64,000 nt of DNA from the human T2T-CHM13v2.0 reference genome, Homo sapiens: NCBI RefSeq assembly GCF_009914755.1, contig NC_060928.1; one strand, given 5' to 3'. The translations under genes were made by a program, and so were the position numbers. Below, in pieces: positions 52,755-64,000 of this stretch; the stretch's first letter is position 1, and every line of letters begins with the position of its first letter. The notes under the pieces were generated by a model, which was not told the DNA's origin, made no database searches, and was given only the letters and a program-made list of their open reading frames with translations.

Positions 52755-53249
52755 TGTATTAGTCTGTTCTCATGCTGCTATGAAGAAATACCTGAGACTG
52801 GGTAATTTATAAAGCCTGTTAATCAGTTCCAAAGTCACTTCCACATTTTCGAGTGTCTTTATAGCAGCACCCCACTCTTTGCGGTACCAATTTATTGTAT
52901 TCGTTCATTCTCACACTGCTAATAAAGACATACTTGAGACTGGATAATTTATAAAGAAAAGAGGTTTAAGTGACTCAGTTCAGCATGGTTGGAGAGGCCT
53001 CACTAAACTTACAATTATGGCTAAAGGGGAAGCAAACACTCCGTCTTCACAGGGCAGCAGGAAGGAGAATGAGTGCCTGGGAAAACTATCAGAGTTCATG
53101 AAAACGAACTCACTATCATGAGAACAGGATGTGGGAAACCACCCCCATGATTCAATTATCTCCACCTGGTCCCTCTTGTTAACACGTGGGGATTATGGGA
53201 ACTACAATTCAAGATGAGATTTGGGTGTGGACTCGGCAAAATTATATCA
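52755..53249 (-). mobile_element. THE1 (C/D-like) element collapsed by deletion: LTR stub, ~80 bp internal, complete LTR (52896-53249)
   Basis: LTR terminus 'tgtattagtctgttctcatgctgct' occurs twice; THE1-int text 'cagttccaaagtcacttccacattttc...ggtaccaattta' lies between; flanks ggcag/tgcat. Confidence 0.85.
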
Positions 53250-53643
53250 TGCATTGATTGCCAGGCTGAATAAATTTAATACTAAATTTTATGGTCTTTA
53301 GAAGAGATGTTATTTAAATATAAATACACAGATTGAAAGCCATGCATATTTTTATTCCTCAGTTTTTAAGTTGTTTTCTACTAAGAGTTTAGGCACATAA
53401 CTCCGTAATGCATCTGGAGTTGATTATAATATATAGTGATGATAGGATTTAATGCTATATTCTTTAAGAAAACCATTTTTTTTCCAACTCCACTAATTGA
53501 AAAGTTTTTCTTTTAGTGCTTATCTGAACTGGCAGTTTTAACATATACAAAAGTTTCCTACATAGGTAGGTCAGTTAATTGGCTCCTCTCTCTTTCTCTC
53601 TCTCTTCTCAGTCAACTTATAAACTATATCTTCATAGAAAAGC

Positions 53644-53767
53644 TTAAACTCTTATATGACAATTCCCCTTTGGTTATTCTTTGGATGTATTCTGTTTTCT
53701 TAGAATTAAACTCTTATATGACAATTCCCCTTTGGTTATTCTTTGGATGTATTCTGTTTTCTTAGAA
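53644..53767. repeat. Perfect 62-bp tandem duplication
   Basis: 53644-53705 is identical to 53706-53767. Confidence 0.97.
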
Positions 53768-54897
53768 TTATAGCTCTTCATGTAAATTTTATAGTAATTC
53801 TAAAATTCATTAAAATATATGATTTTTCTTGGAATTTCATGAAATGTACAGGTCAATTTGTAGCAAATTGATACCTTTATGATAATAAGTCTTCTAAAAT
53901 TTCTACATTTAGGATAATATGTGTATCAGGTTTATGCTGGCTTCTTAGAATGAATTGAAGAAAATTTCCTTTTTATCCTACTGTCTGGAAAAGTTTAAAT
54001 AGAATTGGGATAATCTGTTCCTTGAAAGGTTAATAGAATTTTCTTATGAAACTTTCTGGGCCTGATGTTTTCTATGCAGAAAAATTTTATCCTGACATCA
54101 GTTTCTTTAATTATTATAGAAATCTTCAAACTTTTCATTCTTGTAGAGCCTTTTTAGTAGAAAGAATTTCTCAAGAAATTTGTGCCTTTTATCTACATTT
54201 TAAAACTATTTGGTATACTGTTATTGATGTTCTATTATTATTGTCTAATATCTTTTGCCTATATATATGTATCTATTTTTATTCAAAATAGTTTTTATTA
54301 CTTTTCTTCTCTTCTCTTGATAAGCACTGCCAGAGATTTGTTGATATTGTCAGCTTTTACAATGAAGAAGCTTTTGGCTTTGTTGTTTTTTGTATAGTAT
54401 CTTTATTTTGTAGCTTATTAATCCCTGGTTTTATTTTTAAATCTATCATTCCATTCATTTGGGTTCATTCTGTTTTTTTCTACTAATTAATGATGGACCC
54501 TAAGCTCTTTATATTAATTTTTGTCTTTTCAATATAGTCATGCAAGACTACAGATTTCTCCATAATGCACAACTATTGTTACATCTCAAACCCCACATGT
54601 GCTGTTTACAGTGTAATTTTAATGCATTCTACTATTTGCTCCATTTTTTACATTATTTATTATTTATTCTTTAGTTATGTAACATGTATTTTTTTCTTTC
54701 CAAATATATGATTTAAAATTTATCTTTTTGCTAATTATAACTGCTGTATTATAGTGAAAGATTATATTTTTGACAACTATTATTTATGTTTTGAGGAATT
54801 TTACCTTGTAAATAACTCATTATTGTAAATGTTCCATGAGTGTTAATACAGATGCATATTCACTCTAATTGCTGTACAGAGAACTCCAAATATTTTC

Positions 54898-55354
54898 TTT
54901 TTTTTTTCACATTATATAGTATTCTACTATCTTGCTAGATACTTAACATACATAATCACATTTAACCCCCACAAAAGTCCTGCTGCATGTATATAACAAG
55001 CCTCACTTAACAGAAGAAAGTGTTGAAACTAAGAGTTAAGTGAATTGCAGAACATCCTTTGCTGCTAATTGTAAGCAGCAGGATTTGCCCCTGGGCTGTT
55101 TAATTCCAGAGCCCATGCATTTATATTATGCCATTTGAGATAGCTTTAGTTATATAGATGTTTACCAACCTATGTGTGCACACAAATACAGTCACACATA
55201 TATACATATTTTCTCTGGAGAGAAATACAGCAAGCTCTGCTATCTGGCCTGTTCACATGTTGACACTTCTGCCTGAACATACTATTTCTGTGACTTTCAG
55301 CATAGTTGGATTCTTGTCATCTTATGGGTCTCAGCTTAAATGTTACCTCCTGAC
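54898..55354 (-). other. Candidate L1 3' transduction (MIR, unique DNA, L2 fragment) with its own poly(A)
   Basis: T10 at 54898-54907; flanking duplication AAAT(A/G)TTTTC at 54888-54897 and 56944-56953 encloses this segment plus the L1PA. Confidence 0.7.
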
Positions 55355-56946
55355 TTTCTTTTTTTATTATTACTATAGTTTAAGTTCTGGGATACACGTG
55401 CAGAACATGCAAGTTTGATATATAGGTATATGTGTGCCATGGTAGTTTGCTACACCCATCAACCCGTCATCTACATTAGGTATTTCTCCTAATGCTATCC
55501 TTCCCCCAGCCCCGTACCCCCTAAAAGGCCCAGGTGTGTGATGTTCCCCTCCAGGTGTCCATGTGTTCTCATTGTTCAACTCCCACTTATAAGTGAGAAC
55601 ATGCAGTGTTTGGCTTTCTGTTCCTGTGTTAGTTTGCTAAGAATGATGGTTTCTAGCTTCATGCATGTTCCTGCAAAGGACATGAACTCATTCTTTTTTA
55701 TGGCTGCATAGTATTCCATGGTGTATATGTGCCACATTTTCTTTATCCAGTCTATCATTGATGGGTATTTGGTTTGATTCCAAGTCTTTGTTATTGTGAA
55801 TAGTGCTGTGAGAAACATATGTGTGCACGTGTCTTTATAGTAGCATGATTTATAATCCTTTGTGTATATATCCAGTAATTGATTGCTGGGTCAAATGGTA
55901 TTTCTGGTTGTAGATCACGAGGAATTGTCACACTGTCTTCCACAATGGTTGAACTGATTTATACTCCCAGCAACAGTGTAAAAGCATTCCTATTTCTCCA
56001 CATCCTCTCCAGCATCTGTTGTTTCCTGACTTTTTAATGATCACCATTCTAACTGGCATGAGATTGTATCTCATTGTGGTTTTGATTTACATTTCTCTAA
56101 TGAACAGTGATGATGAGCTTTTTCCATGTTTATTGGCCGTATACATGTCTTCTTTTAAGAAGTGTCTGTTCATATCCTTTACCCACTTTTGATGGGGTTG
56201 TTTTTTATTTTTCTTGTAAATTTGTTTAAGTTCCTTGTAGATTCTGGATATTAGCCCTTTATCAGATAGATAGATTGCAAAAATTTTCTCCCATTCTGTA
56301 GGTTGCCTGTTCACTCTGATGATAGCTTCTTTTGCTGTGCAGAAGCTCTTTAGTTTAATTAAGCTCTTTAGTTTAATTAAGAATCAGTATCATGAAAATG
56401 GCCATACTGCCCAAAGTAATTTATAGATTCAAGGTTATCCCCATCAAGCTACCACTGAATTTCTTCACAGAATTAGAAAAAACTACTTTAAATTTCACAT
56501 GGAACTAAAAAAGAGCCCATGTATCCAAGACAATCCTAAGCAAAAAGAATAAAGCTGGAGGCATCACACTACTTGACTTCAAACTATACTATAAAGCTAC
56601 AGTAAACAAAACAGCATGGTTCTGGTACCAAAACAGATATATAGACCACTGGAACAGAACAGATGCCTCAGAAATAACACCACACATCTACAACCATCTG
56701 ATCTTTGACAAACCTGACAAAAACAAGCAATAGGGAAAGGATTACCTATTTAATAAATGGTGTTGGGAAAACTGACTAGCCATATGTGGAAAACTGAAAC
56801 TGGACCCCTTCCTTACGCTTTATACAAAAATTAACTCAAGATGGATTATAGACTTAAATGTAAGACCTAAAACCATAAAAAACCTAGAAGAAAACCTAGG
56901 CAATACCATTCAGGATATAGGCATGGGCAAAGACTTCATGACTAAA
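55355..56946 (-). mobile_element. L1PA7-like, 5'-truncated and 5'-inverted
   Basis: Antisense 3' end 55355-56360, then sense ORF2 56379-56946; ORFs 55576-55818 and 56087-56314 are the ORF2 C-terminus. Confidence 0.93.
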
Positions 56947-58689
56947 TGTTTTCATTAGATTAAATTGTCACTTTGTTTTTATATATTCTACGCCCTTGCT
57001 ATATTATTGCTAAATTTTTGACTTATGAATAATAGAGAAATAATTTATAATGGTAGATTTGTCAGTTTTTCTCTATAGTTCTATCAAGTCTTGCTTCATG
57101 TTTTGAGCTTATTTTATAAGTAGTTTACAGTATAAAATTGATTTTTCTTTATAATTAACATCTTAGTGTCATTTCTGTAGGTTTATATCTTTACCTTTTA
57201 ATCTTATTGTATATGATACTAAACTGAAACATTATCTTGGAGTTAACATTTGCTTCATGTGTCTTTTCCCAGTTCTTTAAAATTTTTTGATTTTATGCTT
57301 TTTCATGCCTCTTGTAAACAGTGAATTTCTGGAATTTGCATTCATTTTATCCAATTTGTGAATTTTTATCTTTTAACTTTTAAATTTAGTCCATTTGCAT
57401 TCATCATAATAATGTATATATTTGGACGTTGTTTCATCATTTTAACTTATTATTTCATTTTATATCACACTAGAAAAGTGTATTTAAATATTTTAATTTT
57501 TAATTGATAAACATTTTCCCGTGGTTTTACCTCTTTTGTTCTCTTCTATGTCCCAAATTAACTAGCTATTACCTAAAATTTTTATTCTAGAGTATTATGG
57601 ATATTTTTCTTTACTCTTCTGCTATTAGCTATTTCTAGGACAGTACTACATTTTCTCAAATCTTCACCAAAACTTCATGTATGTCTTGCAGCACCATGTC
57701 TTTGATATATCACTTTATAATTCAAGAACTGCTTAAAGAGAAAAGATCAATTAATGTATTTCTTATCTTACCTGTGCTTAGGAAATTATTGCACTGAAGT
57801 GATTATGACTCATCCATAATTAAATTTGTAACAATGTTATTAGGTTAGCATTCTTTCTGATAATTTACTCTACTTATCATATTTTACATTTCTATTGAGT
57901 AGTTTCCCTATGGGATATCTGTTCTCTTCTTACATATTTTGCCACCAAAACTGTTAGCCACACTTACATGTTGTCTAGAATAATTAGGGGGGATGCTAAA
58001 AAAGAAACAGTTTTTTAAATGAATTTTAAAAATCTATGGAAAATGTATACTATATAGACATTCTGTCATAGTTGAATCAGTGAACATCGGAAAAGCTCTC
58101 ATACTGTTGCTGGAAGAGAAGTCAAAAAAGGCTTTCACTCAAACAAGGCTTTATTTCAATCAACTCTTAACATTTTCACTGTACATTTTTTCTCCATTGA
58201 AAAATTAATATTCCCAAAGGCATATATAAAAAATTATGTACATAAAAATATAAATAAAAGCCTAAAAATGAGAAAATGTACATACAAATTTTCTCCAACA
58301 AATCAGGATAAGAAATAATAGTGTAGCATGCCTTTGTCAAAAATTTTACTTTCATTAAATATTAAAAAATGGACATATTAGTTTAAGAAAATATTTATTT
58401 GGCATATATGATGATATACTTTATTGAGAGGATTTTAAAAGACATTGAAGAAATATACATAGACGGTTGGAGTGGTGAAAAAAAGTATTTATAAAGCATT
58501 TTGGAAAAATAAGTATGAAGTACAAGACCTAGTGGAACTTTCTTGTGGCATTTACCATTTTATTTCATCAGAGATATTCAAGTGACTTCATAACGTATGC
58601 AAGCTGTTGTATCAGAAATTTTGTTTTTGAAAGTCTTTTTAGCATATATGTTATTGAAAAAGCACTAAGTTTTCATGTTCTGTTTAAAA

Positions 58690-58825
58690 TATTGATCTAC
58701 CACTTAGCAGCTGTGTGTCCTTCCACAAGCCATGTTAACTCTCTATGGTTCTATTTATTCACTTTTAAAATGAGGGATTTTGACTGGAGGATTCTAAAAC
58801 TGCTTTCTAACACTAAATGCTCTTG
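58690..58825 (+). mobile_element. MIR
   Basis: 'ctaccacttagcagctgtgtgtcctt...ttaactctct...taaaatgagggat'. Confidence 0.65.
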
Positions 58826-58898
58826 GTCTATGGCTGCAGTTCTTAGTCTTACATCCAGGCTCACTGACATTGAATATATCGTATTTTAAGATATTTGC

Positions 58899-59192
58899 GG
58901 CTGGGCGCGGTGGCTCACGCTTGTAATCCCAGCACTTTGGGAGGCAGAGGCGGGCGGATCACGAGGTCAGGAGATCGAGACCACGGTGAAACCCCGTCTC
59001 TACTGAAAATACAAAAAAATTAGCCCGGCACAGTGGTGGCCACCTGTGGTCCCAGCTACTCTGAGAGGCCAGGCCGAGGCAGGATGGCGTGAACCCAGGA
59101 GGCGGAGCTTGCAGTGAGCAGAGCTCGCGCCAATGCACTCCAGCCTGGGCGACAGAGCGAGACTCCGTCTCAAAAAAAAAAAAAAAAAAAAA
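58899..59192 (+). mobile_element. AluYd-lineage element (Yd3a1-like)
   Basis: 12-bp left-arm deletion ('gagaccacggtgaaacccc'), 'cacgcttgtaatc', many CpGs retained, A tail, TSD aagatatttgc. Confidence 0.85.
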
Positions 59193-59574
59193 GATATTTG
59201 CTTAAACACATTTTGCAGGAAATAATTTTTATAGTTTTATTAACTCTAAGATATTTTGTTACCCAGAAAGTTAAATCTCATTGTTATAGGGGAATATTAT
59301 AATGATAGAATTGACCATTTCTTCCAGGGTTGATTTCGGCAAAACAATATCATTCCAGTGACATTGTAAAATACCTTATAATGTGTATTCGTTAGTCATT
59401 TATGTTATATTTTACATATAACACATCCTGTTTGCTTCCTAAAAATCTTATATTGAGAAGCCAACTTATTTGAAAAGATTCTGAATAGTAATGTCTAAGC
59501 TAATTAATAATCCTTTTATTATTAATTAGGTGAAATTTTTTTCAAGAGAGAAAATAGCAGATGTTTTGTTTAGA

Positions 59575-60005
59575 TGAATTCATTAATTCATTTGTTCATC
59601 AAATATATATTGAGTCAATATTATGGACCAAACATTGCTCTAAACACAGCAGTGAATAACATTACCTGCCTTTATGGCATATGAATTTCAGAGGGAGAGA
59701 CCAGTGATAAATGATAAATGAATACAACAGAAATATAAATAATGTATTGTCAGACTGAAGAATGCTATACATGAAAAAGAAAGGACTGCAAGTTTTAGAG
59801 GCTGGTGGGTGGAGATGTAGGTTCTTACTTAAATATCTGTCGTTCAGATAAGTGTTTAAAGGAGGTGATTTTTCAGCAGATGCCTGAATAAAGTAAAGGT
59901 GAGGGAGACCTCTGTGAATTCTGGGGAAGGAGAGATCCAGGCAGAAGGAAGAGCAAGTACAAATACCCTGCATCAGATTTATGATTAGCATGTTGGAGGA
60001 AAAAA
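59575..60005 (-). mobile_element. L2 3' end
   Basis: 'attcatttgttcatcaaatatatattgag', 'acagcagtgaataaca' and 'ccaggcagaaggaagagcaagtacaaataccctg'. Confidence 0.75.
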
Positions 60006-60069
60006 ATAGATGAATATCATAAGATCACAAGGAAAGGAAAGTCTGGTTCCTAACTTTCTAATGTCATAT

Positions 60070-60375
60070 TGTCTATTTCAGTTTGGGCTGTTAAAACAAA
60101 TGACCATAGACTGGATGAATTATAAACAGCAGCAAATTATTTCTCACAGTACTGGGAACTGGAAATCTGAGATCAGGATCAGGATGTAGCACAGTTGGGT
60201 TCTAGTGAGTGTCCTCTTCTGGGATGCAGAATGCTAACTTCTTGTTGTATTCTCACATGGCAGAAAAAGATCTAGTTAGCTCTCTGGCCTGTTTTCATAA
60301 GTGCATTAATTCCATTCATGAGGTATCCACCTTTATGACCTAATTACCTTTCAATTGTCCCATCTCCAAAACACA
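60070..60375 (-). mobile_element. MaLR LTR (MSTD/MLT1A0-like), followed by a CA/TG microsatellite to about 60500
   Basis: 'ccatagactgg', 'atttctcacagt', 'ctcacatggcagaa' and 'atgacctaattacct'. Confidence 0.75.
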
Positions 60376-61223
60376 TTTAATCCACACATACACACATATA
60401 ATGTGTATGTGTTCCAAACATATATATTATAAGGTATATATGTGTGTATGTGTGTGTGTATGTGTGTACACACACACATACATACACAAACACACAGAGA
60501 TATATAATACCTTACTGCCTGTAACATAAATTCCATGTAAACATTCTATAACTTTCATTTTAAAAGAAAGGCTGCCTATTGGTTGGAGACTATAGAGGCA
60601 AGAATAGCAATTTTTATGTCTTAGATTAAGAGATTCCTGAGAAAGGAGGCATTTTTTGTAAACCTGAACTATTTATGTAGTAGGTTAAATCACCAGTTAT
60701 TTAAATTTCTGGATTGCAGCCTGATTTAAAGCTGTTTGTCTGAATCGAAAAATTCATGATTTTCCTGCAACTGTCTGTAATTATATCTAGAACAGATTGA
60801 TATTTTAGGAATTCTTGTCTTAAAAATATGTGATCTTAGAGCTTGTGGTAGTAATAATAATGTCCATATTTTAGATTCAACTTTGAAGCAAGCTTGTAAA
60901 GGTTTTGTCTGATTTAAGCTTTTCTACTTCAGGAAAAATAGAGGGAGCTGGGAATTAATGAAATGTAATAGATGTTGAATTGTTAACTTTTCAAGCAGGG
61001 AGGAAGTTAAGGTTAAATGAGGTAGTGCCCTGGAGAGCACTTTGATCTCTTTAGAGGAAAGTTGTCATACAAATTATTATGTTTCTGTTGTTGTTCCTCA
61101 TTTTATGCTGTTTATACATGTAAGCACTCCACTTATGTTTTTATTAGTACATTTTTTTTTCTAGAAGCAGAATTATTTCCTCAATGCCAGACAATCTAAG
61201 ATTGGCTTTTTCCCAATATTTTA

Positions 61224-61584
<361 letters not shown>

Positions 61585-62424
61585 TTATCTTAAGAAAATT
61601 CAACATACTAGTAGTAAATTGAGTTGACTATTAATTTTCCAAGATAATTCGCAAAAGAAATTCATTCATTCTGCAAGCTCCCTTAATGAATTTATAATAA
61701 ATCCAAGTATGAAAACATTCAATTGAAAAACATATTTACAGATATTTCAGAGAGATCATTCATTTAAGAAGTTATTATATCTATGGATTACTCTGGCACA
61801 TGCACTGAAGTCTTCTTTATAGAATGGTTTTAATCTCTGCTTCTTATCTTTCCTGCCAAAGAAATATTATACAACACACATCAAGGATAGAAATAAAACA
61901 AGACAAAATTATATTCATACTTTCTAATGTGAGTGAGCTAACATGATTCGCTCTGTCAGCTGTTATTGTGCATAAATGTCAGAGATTCCCAATCCTGTTT
62001 CATCTGCAAAGCTTGATTTCTCACTGATTCCCACTGAAATTTATCTCCCTCTAATTCAACTTAAATATCTTAAGATATAATTTAATGATACTATTTTTAA
62101 AATCTGTACTTTAAAACCCAATAGCATAACTAACAGTATTACTATGCTATATAATTTTTGGTCATGAATCTACCCATCCATATTCATTCACCTAATAAAA
62201 TAGAAAGAGACCAGTAATGGGAAATGATCAGTCATAAATAATATGTGCAGATATAAATTAGACAGGCAAAATAGTTTCACCCATGTTGGGGAAAAATTGA
62301 AGTTGTACTCAAGCAGTTATTAAGTTAGGTGTTTTGGTAAGCATATTTTGTTTTGGAAAAATAGTATTTCATTCTTCAAATGCAATAATGTCGTTGGAAA
62401 AACATTTGAATTTAATTCCTGAGC

Positions 62425-62835
62425 TGATTGGATTCTCTGGGCGCTAGAAACTTAGAAGTAGTAAGCAGTGCAAAAGATTCACAGGAATTACTAGCTGTGA
62501 AGAGAAAGAAAATGAAATATAATTAGGCAAGGAGAGCCATCAGATCAAGATGCAGACCTGACCAAAAATGTTAAAGCATGATAAAGCTCTAGAGCAAAGC
62601 CTGCCTGCTAGAAAAGTCCCACATTGGATGGAAACCACTAGGATCTTAAACTAATAATACCTGTATAGTAATTGCATAGGGATTGTCCCAAGAATATCAT
62701 GACCTTGAAGGCTGAGGTGGATCCTGTAGAATCGACATTTGGAGGCATCCTATTGACCTACCTTCGTTGCAACTGGACAGCAATTGTTTGTTTTTTGGAG
62801 AAGATCTGAGTGGCTTATATCTATAACTGCCATAG
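62425..62835 (-). mobile_element. LTR16-family LTR, degenerate
   Basis: 'gatgcagacctgac', 'aagctctagagcaaag', 'aaagtcccacattgg' and 'agaagatctgagtggc'. Confidence 0.55.
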
Positions 62836-63769
62836 TTCCTACTTTAGATTATTTTTTTCTGATTTGTGTTTCCTTTGCCATTTTATTCTAGCAGTGACAG
62901 AATGCAGTGAACATATAAGAAAGTTTCATAAATATTGATCTTGAAACTTTAAAACAAAGACATCAAGAAATTTTCTAATAGTCAACATAAAATATTAGCT
63001 AGAAATTTTTGCCATTTGACAAACATAAAACAATACATTATTTAATAACCTAGATTCCTAAAGGTAATTTTTAAGAATCTAACATATTTAGTTTATTGAG
63101 ATAATTAATTTTTATGACATTCTCCAAGTATACATTCTATTTATTTAATTTTTATACCCCATATAACATTCTGGCAACACTGAATCAATCACATTTTTAT
63201 GCTTCAAGTGCAACAGCAATAAATCTTTGAATAATTTATAAAATGTATCTCAATTTTCTGGTTAGATGACATGAAATGAGTGTAGAAAAAAGCACAAATG
63301 AAAAAATAACTATGGCAGAAAAATATTTTGAGACAAACATTCGAAACTAAATATTTGGATTACATATGTATTTAATAGCATTAAGCCAGTAAACATTTTA
63401 AAAATGACTTTTTAATTCCATTTGCTAGATAGTTTTGTGGTTTGGGATATTTCTAAACAGTACTAAAAGAAATAGACATGTAGGTAATGGAAAAACAAAC
63501 TTTAACACTTTCTTGGTGAAAAATCCTCTAAGTCCCAGGGTTTGCCATTTCTTTATTCTGATTATCTGATCTTAGAATACTCCTGATTTTTAATTCTCTT
63601 TTTAATAAATATTATGTTTTGCTAATTTTATATTAGAATTGATAAAATAATATTTATAACAAAATATTGTTTCCTTCAAAATTTCTTCAGTTTTCAAATA
63701 GAGCCATATTTTAGCAAAAATATTCTAAAATGCTAGTAAATATTTTTATTCATTTTTGACTAGATGTCT

Positions 63770-64000
63770 TGAAAGCATATTATTAACATCAGTTTGTATT
63801 AATATACACTGTGCCACACTTCGCAACTCAGCACTTAACACATGTTCTCTTATTTAATCATTCCACTAATGCTATGATATTAGTCTTATTTTCATTTTAT
63901 CAGTGAAGAAACTATGGCACATAAAGTTAGGCAACTTGCACCAATTCACTATGTAGTAAATAATAGAGTTGGTAGGTAAACCAAGATTTGTAGCCTAAGC
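63770..64000 (-). mobile_element. MIR
   Basis: 'tctcttatttaatc...cattttatcagtgaagaaact...aaagttaggcaacttgc'. Confidence 0.65.

Larger units (their letters stand above)
51000..53340 (+). mobile_element. Old L1M ORF1 to ORF2 start, carrying L1MA, MLT1A and THE1 insertions
   Basis: A-rich ORF1 text; ORF2 start 'taaatgtaaacggattaagcactctaatttaaaggcag'. Confidence 0.6.
53350..57470 (-). mobile_element. Old L1ME-type ORF2 remnant, split at 54897/56944 by the L1PA insertion
   Basis: Antisense ORF2 text; 'gtacagagaactccaaatattttc' joins 'attagattaaattg...ggtagatttgtcagtttttctctatagttctatc'. Confidence 0.65.

Overview
Primate genomic DNA (AT-rich, CpG-depleted, carries Alus and L1PA). I see no cellular protein-coding gene, RNA gene or CRISPR array; the informative ORFs are retroelement remnants. 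Main structures: (1) a minus-strand HERV-L/MLT2A provirus (13152-20937, TSD TCCTC) whose 5' LTR microsatellite is replaced by a ~2 kb AT block, with a fold-back deletion junction; (2) a nest of old L1MA > full-length L1MA1/2 > a 4 kb, internally deleted HERV-K HML-1 (HERVK14/LTR14A-like) provirus (36528-40543), which carries a mosaic of pro/RT/IN/env pieces from a second betaretrovirus (HML-6-like) plus a MER41 3' end; (3) a 5'-inverted L1PA7-like insertion that appears to carry a ~450 bp 3' transduction (54898-56946); (4) many solo LTRs, MaLRs, MIR/L2 and Alus, one with AluYd3a1-type diagnostics, and several recent tandem duplications. Subfamily names come from recalled consensus sequences and need RepeatMasker/Dfam confirmation. 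I found no convincing wholly new biological system; the chimeric provirus is the best candidate for something under-described.
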